Source: Sanchytrium tribonematis (lineage: Eukaryota). From it: DNA of 54,881 nt. Made by a program: the position numbers and the translations under genes. Location: positions 1-54,881 of the forward strand of contig JADGIG010000010.1 in assembly GCA_018985235.1 (NCBI GenBank), written 5' to 3'. Positions 44,143-53,251 of this stretch are shown here, in pieces (position 1 is the first letter of the stretch; each line of letters starts with the position of its first letter). Under the pieces are notes generated by a model. It searched no databases and had not been told where the DNA came from. It saw only the letters and a list, made by a program, of their open reading frames with translations.

Positions 44143-44443
44143 CTATAGTGAGGCGGGATCGTTAGCTTTTAAATCTAAAATTTGGCGAATATTATCCATG
44201 GATATGGGTAATATCACAACATTGCACCAATCAATAATTTCTCCTACTTGACTCAAAATTGCCAACTTGTGCATCGATCGCAAAATCTATTTAACAAAAG
44301 TGTGACAGTGTACATTAAATGCAGACAGAAAATTTGTACAACACATACTCAAATGCCTTGAAATTTGAAGCAATGTGGAAGTAAATGTACCGACTGGGCA
44401 ACAAATTGTAATTTGTTATTGACAATGTATTAAATTTATTTTC

Positions 44444-44596
44444 CTATGCAGTATCGTCATAATATTTTACAAATTCATCTTCAGCACTTGCAGTTGTGGT
44501 TGCTTGCGATTCGAAAATTGCTATAGTAGAGGGCCCATCATAGATATTCGGAACAGCAAATGCCACATATATGCAAATTGTTGGCCATACTTTCAT
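44444..44596 (-). CDS. Putative 50-aa secreted peptide (not in ORF track)
   Basis: MKVWPTICIYVAFAVPNIYDGPSTIAIFESQATTTASAEDEFVKYYDDTA*; AAATG start context; AATAAA just after the stop. Confidence 0.45.
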   Translation of the reverse strand: MKVWPTICIYVAFAVPNIYDGPSTIAIFESQATTTASAEDEFVKYYDDTA

Positions 44597-44661
44597 TTAA
44601 ATAAATGAGATGGCTGATATATATAGTATAACGTTTTGACGACGTCGCAAAAGGAGATGAT

Positions 44662-47600
44662 TTATTCGATGCTTTCCAATATCAGGTCATATCTGTGATG
44701 CCCATTTTGACTCTTGATAAATTCCACTGCCTTGCCCTCGTCTTTATCATACAATTGCGTGAAATACACCAGTTTTTCTAGAATTGACGAGTCTTCTTTA
44801 ATGTCGATTATTGAAGAGTTTATAATCTTTAGCAGCAAAGTTTTGTGTTGCGACTCAAGCATAGTATTATCTAATAGTGAGCTCGCTTTCTTACTATTTT
44901 TTTCAACAAATATATAGTGCCACACTTTCCAAACATCCAGGATATAATTACTAGGCATTTTTTCAATCAAAAATGTCGCTGATTTTTTGTAACCACTTTT
45001 CAGCAATAATCTATACAAGAGCAGGTATACTCTCCAATATCCATCGCCTCGTTTGATGATGCCTTGAAGTTGAGACAAAGCCTCACTAACAGATTTGCAA
45101 TCTATTATTTGATGCATGACTGACTTGCTCTTCGAATGAGTCAATTTATGAGGGTTCATGAAATTCCATCTTTGCAGCTCCACAGAACTCAAAATGCTCT
45201 TATTATAATCCACAACCTTAATATTATGAGATACGGATGAATTTTGGTAGTTCGACTCATTTTTCAGTCTTAATAAATCTGAAAAATGTTCTTGACTCGG
45301 AAACATGAAAATTCTTCTCTGCAAATGTATTTCTGCTTGTTTTGAATGTAAATTTACCAATTGCTTGTAATACAATAATTGTTCATGCATCAGTAGATCA
45401 CTCATTGGTATTAATGGTTGCTGCACAACAATATTAACAATATTCATTTCGAAGACAAATTTGGTACCTTTTAACAAGTTTAATGCTTCTTTGTATCTTT
45501 GAAGCTTAACCAAACATTTGAATACAAATAGTCGAAGATCATCAGTCCATTCCACGATTTGAAGAAATTTTTGCAACGACTCAAAAGCATTTATAGCATC
45601 TTTTTTATCTAAGTAGATCATAGTATTTAAAATTAAATCGACAGAATCCGAAGATTCTCTAGCCACAGCGCCTCCAACGGCAACATCATTTCGGTATCTC
45701 ATTTTTTCATACAGAGACTCTGATGGTATATCTGGAACACTCGAACCTCGTTCCAAAACGCAAAAACCCATATACGAAAATTCATCTAAAATGCCCGCAC
45801 TAATATATTGCCTGATGTAAAATTGAATATTGTCGCTAACGATGTTTGATTTAAATGACAACAGAATTAAGAGCCTTAGGCTTTTGTAGTCCAATTTTAA
45901 AGATAAAATATGAATTAATTGTATAATTGCCTTTGAATAATCATTGCAGAGATGGTTGATGAACGCTAAGTAGTATAAAGTCTGCACATTCTTTGGATTT
46001 ATATCTCTAGATTTTCTCAGAGCTTCCTTAGCAATATCTAGCTCGTTTTTTTGAAGATACAGAACTCCCAGATTAAGCCAAGCCTCGTCACTATTTTTAA
46101 GCTTGATTTCTGTAACAAAAGCATGCTGAGCGAGAGCAAGTCGCCGAGATACCACACAGTATTGACCAAAAGGTATCCACATTAAATTCGAAAGATTGCT
46201 TCTAAGCAACTCAAAAACCGTGTTATCGTCAAAAATCTCATACTTAAACAAAATCTTAAACGAAATCGCGGCATTGCAGAAATTTCGAGCATTCAAAGCG
46301 CATTTTAAAGCTATTAAACTTAGTAAAGCAGACTTTTCAGAAGGGACCTTCAGGGGGAATTTTAACAATGGACTATCAGATATATCAAGATAAATTTTCA
46401 TTAATCTGGAAATGGTAAATCTGTAAATGGATTCAGGAACTTTCAAAATGCATAAAATAGATGAGCTTAAATTGTCATACATTGATAAGGAATTAGACTT
46501 GATAGAGAAAAGTCTGTCTAAACATAATAACGCTTTAGTTGTACAGCCGCTGTTTAAATTGTGTATCAGCTGCATTCTTATGGCATTGCACCTTAGCGAA
46601 GAAACACTTTCTTGGAGTTCACTAATGTCCTCTATCAAGCATAAGCATTTATCAAAATCATGTATTTCCAAATATAATGCTGCAATCCTGATCTTCAAAT
46701 AGTCAGAAGGCGACAATTCTAACAAAGTATTGAAAGTGTTCAAGGCGGAGGAAAATTTACCTATGTTAAACAAGGATTCAGCCATATACTCGTAAATCAG
46801 AAGGTCTTTGGACATTCGTATACATGATTGACAAGCGTCAATACATTTATCATAGTCCTTGAGTTGGAAAAACAGCTTTGCCATTACCTCGTACGCCCAA
46901 AATGCAGAGGGATCTATTCTGGTAACTTTTTCGCTCGTTTGCAAAATATCTACCATATTTTGGTGAGAAATTTTAGCATTTAATGCTTCTTTGACATAAT
47001 GCTCAGCTGCAATTGGGTGCGAATCATCCAGACTCAAGGCTTTTTGATAACATTTTCTGGCCTTATTCATGTCATTGATTCTCGAAAAATAGAGCCCCAG
47101 GTATGCAAACGCGTCCGCATTTTCTTCAAAATTAATGACTCGAGTAAAATATGTATAAGATACCTCTAATTCATTTCTGAAAAGAGCGCATTTGCCACGA
47201 AGCATCAAAAATTTTGAACTATCTGGATTTAACTTTAAAGAGATAGATACATATTTATCAGCTTCATCAAAATCATTGGCATGAAAAGATAACTGAGATA
47301 AGCAATAGTAATAGTCAGCTTTATCTTCGTCATTAAGTTTTGCATTTTTTAAAGACTTGGTATATTCGCTTACTTTTTTGAAGTCTTGATTTTCGTTGGC
47401 AAGCAAACATTTAATCAATATAATTAAATTAGGCTCTATCTCCAAATCTGTAGCAAGATTTAATATATCGAGGGTGTTTGAATCCGAGTAGAGGAGTTTC
47501 CTTATTGAACCCAACGCCAAACATACCAAAAATTGCCTTTGCGCTGACAAATCTTCATCATAGGTAGCTTGAATACGGTCGATGAGTATTGACGTGATTT

Positions 47601-48531
47601 CAAAATTATCTAAAACAAGATCGTATATTTCGAAACTGTAAAATAGCAAGTGAACGAATAGGTGTACAATTAAATTATCACGCTTCAAGCCTGCCTGTAG
47701 TACCACTACAAAATCGTCCAAATCGTCTTCATCGAATCGAGCAGACAATTCCATAGCTTTTTCTTTTAGTTCAACTATAGATTTCCAGCCGTTATCAGAT
47801 GGGGCTCGAGTTATAATATCCCAAATTTGCTCATCGTCATAGTGGAGCGGGTTAAAGTTCCAGTAAGCTGAATCAAACTGTGCGAGCAATGCGTATCCTT
47901 GAGCAATTTTATAATCATTGGTTAGTTTGATCAAAATTTTCTTATTCCTCATTTTTTCAGTTTTAGAATAGTCTGAAAAATTGTTAAATATGGATAAGAA
48001 AAATTCCATGTGTACATCCTCACCTAGAGATAACAACTTTAGAAACAATTTGTCACTAACTCTGCCAAAATCTTTGTTCAAATGATACAAAATCAGATGC
48101 AGTTGATAATCTTGTTTTTTAGATAATTGGTTGTTCTTCAAAAATTCTGAAGCGATTTGATTTCCAAGCTGCAACTTCTTCAACCTTTGGCAGCATTTTA
48201 AAGCCTCTATTAATGCTGGGAAATAGGATTCGAATTCCAAAACTTTCTTTAAATTCAATAATTGCTCGTCATGCTTTCTCATATCTTTGTATACTTGCGA
48301 CAAACCATAATATGCCATAATTGGTTTTTCTTGATCCTCAATTGCTCTTTTGAATACAGCAATTGCTTCGGGAAGGCGTCCAAGGCCGACTAATGATTGA
48401 GCGTGAATTAAAAGCGCTTTATAATTTGTGGCATTGTACATCAAGATATTGTCTGTTATATCAAAAGCTTCGTTCCACTTTTTCTTTTTCAATGCGCTTT
48501 CCGCTTTTTTCAATTTTTCTTTAATGTCCAT
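44662..48531 (-). CDS. SKI3: TPR protein Ski3/TTC37 (SKI complex)
   Basis: 1289-aa TPR solenoid. The N-terminus IKEKLKKAESALKKKKW, AFAYLGLYF...ARKCYQKALSLD and LAQHAFV...AWLNLGVLYL are typical of Ski3. Confidence 0.8.
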   Translation of the reverse strand: MDIKEKLKKAESALKKKKWNEAFDITDNILMYNATNYKALLIHAQSLVGLGRLPEAIAVFKRAIEDQEKPIMAYYGLSQVYKDMRKHDEQLLNLKKVLEFESYFPALIEALKCCQRLKKLQLGNQIASEFLKNNQLSKKQDYQLHLILYHLNKDFGRVSDKLFLKLLSLGEDVHMEFFLSIFNNFSDYSKTEKMRNKKILIKLTNDYKIAQGYALLAQFDSAYWNFNPLHYDDEQIWDIITRAPSDNGWKSIVELKEKAMELSARFDEDDLDDFVVVLQAGLKRDNLIVHLFVHLLFYSFEIYDLVLDNFEITSILIDRIQATYDEDLSAQRQFLVCLALGSIRKLLYSDSNTLDILNLATDLEIEPNLIILIKCLLANENQDFKKVSEYTKSLKNAKLNDEDKADYYYCLSQLSFHANDFDEADKYVSISLKLNPDSSKFLMLRGKCALFRNELEVSYTYFTRVINFEENADAFAYLGLYFSRINDMNKARKCYQKALSLDDSHPIAAEHYVKEALNAKISHQNMVDILQTSEKVTRIDPSAFWAYEVMAKLFFQLKDYDKCIDACQSCIRMSKDLLIYEYMAESLFNIGKFSSALNTFNTLLELSPSDYLKIRIAALYLEIHDFDKCLCLIEDISELQESVSSLRCNAIRMQLIHNLNSGCTTKALLCLDRLFSIKSNSLSMYDNLSSSILCILKVPESIYRFTISRLMKIYLDISDSPLLKFPLKVPSEKSALLSLIALKCALNARNFCNAAISFKILFKYEIFDDNTVFELLRSNLSNLMWIPFGQYCVVSRRLALAQHAFVTEIKLKNSDEAWLNLGVLYLQKNELDIAKEALRKSRDINPKNVQTLYYLAFINHLCNDYSKAIIQLIHILSLKLDYKSLRLLILLSFKSNIVSDNIQFYIRQYISAGILDEFSYMGFCVLERGSSVPDIPSESLYEKMRYRNDVAVGGAVARESSDSVDLILNTMIYLDKKDAINAFESLQKFLQIVEWTDDLRLFVFKCLVKLQRYKEALNLLKGTKFVFEMNIVNIVVQQPLIPMSDLLMHEQLLYYKQLVNLHSKQAEIHLQRRIFMFPSQEHFSDLLRLKNESNYQNSSVSHNIKVVDYNKSILSSVELQRWNFMNPHKLTHSKSKSVMHQIIDCKSVSEALSQLQGIIKRGDGYWRVYLLLYRLLLKSGYKKSATFLIEKMPSNYILDVWKVWHYIFVEKNSKKASSLLDNTMLESQHKTLLLKIINSSIIDIKEDSSILEKLVYFTQLYDKDEGKAVEFIKSQNGHHRYDLILESIE

Positions 48532-48566
48532 GTTTGAAGGACAATATTCTTAATTTTTTTTGTTAC

Positions 48567-49362
48567 ATGTCAGCAAGCAGATATTCGTTTTCATTAACAA
48601 CATTTGCTCCAAGCGGAAAATTATTGCAAATAGAACACGCACTGCAAGCTGTAAATCAAGGAGCAACTAGCATAGGTATTAAAGCCAAAGACGGCGTTGT
48701 TATTGCAACTTGCAAAAAGCCGCATCCATTAATGCTGGGAGATACTAAAATTGTACCCATTTCTCATAATATTGGAATGACCTACAGTGGAATGGGAACT
48801 GACTTTCGAGTTCTGGTTGATAAGGTGAGAAAAATGGCTGTAGAATATAAACTTCAGTACCTTAAAGATCCACCTGTTCATGTGCTTGTAGACCGTTTAA
48901 GCGCTTTAATGCAAGAATATACTCAAAGTGGAGGTGTCAGGCCTTTCGGAGTTAGTGTTTTATTAATTGGGTTCAATTCTGTCGACGATAAAGGTTTATT
49001 TCAAGTTGACCCAAGTGGTACAGTGCTTGGTCTCAAAGCTAGTGCTATAGGTAAGGAGCATGTGACATCCAAAGCCTTTTTGGAAAGAAGATATAACTCT
49101 AATTTGAGTATAGAAGATGCGATTCATATGGCCGTCTTGACTTTAAAGGAGGTATTTAATGTTAATCAAGGGTTATGATGGTGAAATGACTGAGGACTGT
49201 GTAGAAATTGGTGTATGTAAGAAATTCACAGAACCCGTTGGAATCAAATACACACTCTCTAGAGAATCTCCAAAACATTGTCTCGTTGATCACCATGGCC
49301 AGTATACCTTTAAGACTTTAGACAAAAGTGAAATCAAGGACTACTTAAGTAACATTCAGTAA
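48567..49362 (+). CDS. PRE8: 20S proteasome subunit alpha-2; 2 exons (to 49151, from 49171)
   Basis: Motifs RYSFSLTTFAPSGKLLQIEHAL and QEYTQSGGVRPFGVS; spliced junction LTLKE|GYDGEMTE. Confidence 0.96.
49152..49170 (+). other. 19-nt intron GTATTTAATGTTAATCAAG
   Basis: Restores LKEGYDGEM; acceptor is AAG. Confidence 0.93.
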
Positions 49363-49370
49363 ATTTATTA

Positions 49371-50231
49371 CTAATAGAAAGGTAATAAAGCTTTAGCCTT
49401 GACTCGAATTTCAGCTTCAATTTTGTTGCTTACTAAATCACCTAGTTTTTGAAATTCAACTGCTACAAACTTTTGAACTCTTTTTTGCAATTCTTGAATT
49501 AATCCCTTGAGCTTATTTCTTAAAAAGTCTCGGAGGGCTTTCTCTTCAGCTTCTGTCAAGTTATCTGGATCAAATTGTTGAGAAAGTAGGCTTTCTCTAA
49601 TAGCTATGATATCTTTGATTTTTAAATCATCTGGTAGAAACCAGTTGATAATGTTTCTTGCCTCTTCTCCAATTCTATTCCCGTAGTCGTCTCGTGATTG
49701 CTCTGCTGTTTTTACCACTGCTGAATCAATCAAATTAGTGATCATTTTGATAACTTTTTCAATTTGAGTGTGATACCAGTTGTCTCTCTTTGCCAATTTT
49801 CTCCAATAAAGTGTTTGTCTTACCTTTGTGTTGATTTCCTCATTCAAGTTAATTTCAAATCTGCTTATGGTGAGATTAAGTTCTGCCTTAACAACTTGAG
49901 TCCATTTATCTAAAATAGGCTCAAAATATTTATACAGATATTTGTATAATCTATTAAAAGCACCGTAGTCCTTCATAGGCTTGGTGGGATCTAAATCTAA
50001 AACTTCCTTTAAAGTATCTTGGAGCCATTTGGGTGCCTTTGTAACAGCCTCTTTTTCAAAATCAACGACTCCAGAATTGATAACTTTTTTCAAAGCAGGT
50101 TGTACAGCTTGCAGGGCGCTCTCTATAATTCTTTTGTTATAAAAATCCTTGACAGGATCAAATGATAATTTTGGAGATTTGTCAGATGCCAAAGGTGTTG
50201 ATAGGGAAAGAACAAGAAGTACCAGAAGCAT
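49371..50231 (-). CDS. Secreted helical protein, paralog A
   Basis: Signal peptide; aligns by eye with 50386-51258. Confidence 0.8.
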   Translation of the reverse strand: MLLVLLVLSLSTPLASDKSPKLSFDPVKDFYNKRIIESALQAVQPALKKVINSGVVDFEKEAVTKAPKWLQDTLKEVLDLDPTKPMKDYGAFNRLYKYLYKYFEPILDKWTQVVKAELNLTISRFEINLNEEINTKVRQTLYWRKLAKRDNWYHTQIEKVIKMITNLIDSAVVKTAEQSRDDYGNRIGEEARNIINWFLPDDLKIKDIIAIRESLLSQQFDPDNLTEAEEKALRDFLRNKLKGLIQELQKRVQKFVAVEFQKLGDLVSNKIEAEIRVKAKALLPFY

Positions 50232-50385
50232 ATTGGGAACTGTTTTCTAATTTCTTTTAAGTCATTTTGAAGCCACTCCCTCATGTTAGTCGCCAAGGTC
50301 TATTCTTATCTATGGAATTTGCATTGAAACACGTAGGAAGACGTCCCTTTTTGGCACCTCACAACCAAAAAAACGTTTTATTCCA

Positions 50386-51258
50386 TCAAACTTGATTTCT
50401 ATTTACTTTTAAAGACACGGTTTGATTGTAAAAAGGCAGTTTCTCTTTCGCAGTCTCAATAAGAGAATTATAATAAACAACAGAGATGGATTCCTCGACC
50501 TTATCGAATTGGGCCTTGATAAAATTTTGAATATGCTTCTGAATACTCAACACAATCTCTTTGATTTTATTTCGGATATGCTTTAGTACGTCAAAATGGG
50601 AAATTCGTCGTGACTTTGGCATAGGCATATCAATCCAATCAAGGTCATAAATTTTCCACTCATCGGGCATAAACCAATTGATTATTGTTAAGAAATGGTC
50701 TCCTAAATTTCTCGCAAAATGATCTTTTGTGTCAAGAAGGGTAAGATGAGTTGCGCTGTCCAAAATTTTTACGACTTGCACAATCAAATCATTGACCTTT
50801 CGTCTGTACCACTTACCTAATCCGTCGAGAAACCCCCTTTTTCTTAATGTAAAGTGTCTTCTTAAGGAATTGATAATTTCACTATTTAAATTGGCCTCAT
50901 AGTCTGTGGTCAGCCATTCCACTTCGTGGGCAATGGCTTGTTTCCATTTGTTCAGAATAGGGGTGAGGCATTTATGGACCAAGTCAAACAACGGTTGGAA
51001 AATGCCATGATTTTTTGGGAGGTCTCCGCTAGGTGTCAAGCCCAAAATATCTCTAAGCGGTGACTTTACCCAATTTGGTGAATCTTCTACCATTTTTGTC
51101 TTTGTTTCGATAACAGTCTGATTAATCAAATTTGCAATAAGTGGTTTAGATTTGTCAAGTGCCAGCTCTAATATTCGCTTATTGTAAAATTGCTTCAGCG
51201 GGTCTAAGAAATCGATTTTCCCTGCTATCAATGTTAAAACTAACAAGCCAAATCGCAT
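50386..51258 (-). CDS. Secreted helical protein, paralog B
   Basis: Signal peptide; shares DP.K.FYNKRI, PIL.KW, IINWF.PD..KI and LPFY with paralog A. Confidence 0.8.
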   Translation of the reverse strand: MRFGLLVLTLIAGKIDFLDPLKQFYNKRILELALDKSKPLIANLINQTVIETKTKMVEDSPNWVKSPLRDILGLTPSGDLPKNHGIFQPLFDLVHKCLTPILNKWKQAIAHEVEWLTTDYEANLNSEIINSLRRHFTLRKRGFLDGLGKWYRRKVNDLIVQVVKILDSATHLTLLDTKDHFARNLGDHFLTIINWFMPDEWKIYDLDWIDMPMPKSRRISHFDVLKHIRNKIKEIVLSIQKHIQNFIKAQFDKVEESISVVYYNSLIETAKEKLPFYNQTVSLKVNRNQV

Positions 51259-51391
51259 TTCTCTTACGAAAGTGCTCTGCAGTGTATTTAAAAGCCAAAT
51301 TTACAAAATAGCTTAATCAATTGGCTTCAAATCGCCGCCAATTCGTCATACAAAATTTGCCCAAACTCCTTTAATATGTTCCAAGCCATAA

Positions 51392-52540
51392 ATGGATGGC
51401 TCAAAAATGAGTTTTCAAGTCAATGAAGACCCAATTGTTTATAAAGTAAAGAAGTTTCTGAAAACATGGGAATCCAATTATGTAAATATAAATGGAAAGG
51501 AACCAAACAAGACTGACATACCAGATGACTTGCGAGTTTTATATAAAGTTTATAAAAGAATCAAGGAGGAGCCAGTCAATGAGGCGACTGTATCTAAAAT
51601 CGAAGACCTTTTAATTGACCTAAATGAGATTTATAACATTAGTGGACTTTTAAAAAACAAAGAAAGTGACCGAAAATCTACGGAAACTCAAAGCATTTCT
51701 AGTTCTTTAAAATTCAGTCCTTCATCACCTAAAAAGCAACTCGGGCCAGTTTTACTTCGTGCAGATTCGACCCCAGATATGGAGATTGCTTCTGTGCCAC
51801 AGCCAGATATAAAGCAAGAAAAAGCTTCTGAAGAATTAATTAATGATGCAGTTGATGGTATAATTGTACATCTTAAACCAGTCGAGCCTTTGACTGTTCT
51901 ACCTAAGATACAGATTGAGCAAAGCACGATTCAGTCGCCCGACCTTGTGCTTCAAAAAGCAACCGAACTCAATTTGGAAAATGCGGTCTTGACAAAAAGA
52001 GTACCTATGAATACAATATTACAATGTCGCGTACAAAGAACTCGCAAAATAATGCCTATTTATTCAATTTTCAACGAATGTGATGGACGAGAATTATGTA
52101 GGATAAAAAAAGTAATGAAAGGATATAAAGTTTATTCTATCAAAAACGGAGAAGAAAAATGGGATTATACAATAGACCAGGTGAAAGATACATATACAGT
52201 GACGGATACGGATGGCACTATAATGATGTCGACTTCTTTAGAAAGCACTGTGCCAAGAAATGTTTCTATCACTATATATGAAAACAACAAAAATATACGT
52301 TTTTTGAATAGGCAACCGCGATGGAATCCTGAAAATCAAACTTACACTATGAATTTTGAAGGAAGAGTTACTGAGCCTTCCGTCAAAAATTTTGTCTTTG
52401 TTGGAGATGGTGATATCAACGTACTTCTTTTTGGCAGGACTGGGAAAACTGACTTTATAATGGACTGCAGGTTCCCATTGAGACCCGATCAAGCCATTTG
52501 CGCAATGATAAGTGTATTTGATGCTGTGGACCGTCAGTAA
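51392..52540 (+). CDS. Tubby-domain protein with Sld2/FAM13A-like N-terminal motif
   Basis: C-terminal NRQPRWNPENQTYTMNFEGRVTEPSVKNF and LLFGR...FIMDCRFPL are Tub-domain motifs. Confidence 0.88.
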   Translation: MDGSKMSFQVNEDPIVYKVKKFLKTWESNYVNINGKEPNKTDIPDDLRVLYKVYKRIKEEPVNEATVSKIEDLLIDLNEIYNISGLLKNKESDRKSTETQSISSSLKFSPSSPKKQLGPVLLRADSTPDMEIASVPQPDIKQEKASEELINDAVDGIIVHLKPVEPLTVLPKIQIEQSTIQSPDLVLQKATELNLENAVLTKRVPMNTILQCRVQRTRKIMPIYSIFNECDGRELCRIKKVMKGYKVYSIKNGEEKWDYTIDQVKDTYTVTDTDGTIMMSTSLESTVPRNVSITIYENNKNIRFLNRQPRWNPENQTYTMNFEGRVTEPSVKNFVFVGDGDINVLLFGRTGKTDFIMDCRFPLRPDQAICAMISVFDAVDRQ

Positions 52541-52614
52541 AATTTTAATATCCTTGATGGTGTGATTGCATATTATCACATGCGGATTTCCGTAACTTCC
52601 CCTTTAATTCTAAA

Positions 52615-52854
52615 ATGTCGGAACTTTTCCTAGTGAAAAGACTATTGACTGTCTCCAGAACAAAGTCGAACAACGAATTAAGAATCAAGGTCCTATCAAA
52701 ACAAATGATGCTTTATATTCTCAACTTATATCCTTTAACTTTCAACGCGTCCTTGTATCCCAATTTGAACCATGAGGAAGTAATGCAGATTATTCGGCAT
52801 TATCCGAATGCCCTTCATGAATTGGAAATGTATCGCAATGTTAGTTTGCAGTAA
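52615..52854 (+). CDS. Possible small hypothetical protein (79 aa)
   Basis: ORF with AAAATG start context; no motif. Confidence 0.4.
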   Translation: MSELFLVKRLLTVSRTKSNNELRIKVLSKQMMLYILNLYPLTFNASLYPNLNHEEVMQIIRHYPNALHELEMYRNVSLQ

Positions 52855-52890
52855 ATGTTTGTAATTTTGTAATGGATACACTTAAATGAT

Positions 52891-53139
52891 TTATTTTTTC
52901 CGAGGATTTAAACCTATTTCTTTCTCAATGGATTCCTTACAAGTCAGATTTTGCCTCAGCAATTTCGGAAGTAGCTTAGGAATATCATTTATAGGAACCG
53001 TCGCCATTAAATATGCTATGGGCTTATCAAATAATAAGCCTTCAAGTGATTTTTGAATTACAACGCGCTTGTGAATAGAACACTGGCCTAGCAACTTGAC
53101 TTGAGACTGTGAAATAACAAAACCCACATCAATGTTCAT
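52891..53139 (-). CDS. Possible small hypothetical protein (82 aa)
   Basis: ORF with a CCAAT box about 60 nt upstream; no motif. Confidence 0.4.
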   Translation of the reverse strand: MNIDVGFVISQSQVKLLGQCSIHKRVVIQKSLEGLLFDKPIAYLMATVPINDIPKLLPKLLRQNLTCKESIEKEIGLNPRKK

Positions 53140-53251
53140 TAGAAACAGTCAGTCATTTAGTTTTATACCAAAATTAGCCGACTATCTAACTTTTTATACA
53201 TTTGATTGGTCATTCATTGCTAATCTTAAAACGTGTAGAGAAGTAATAAAT

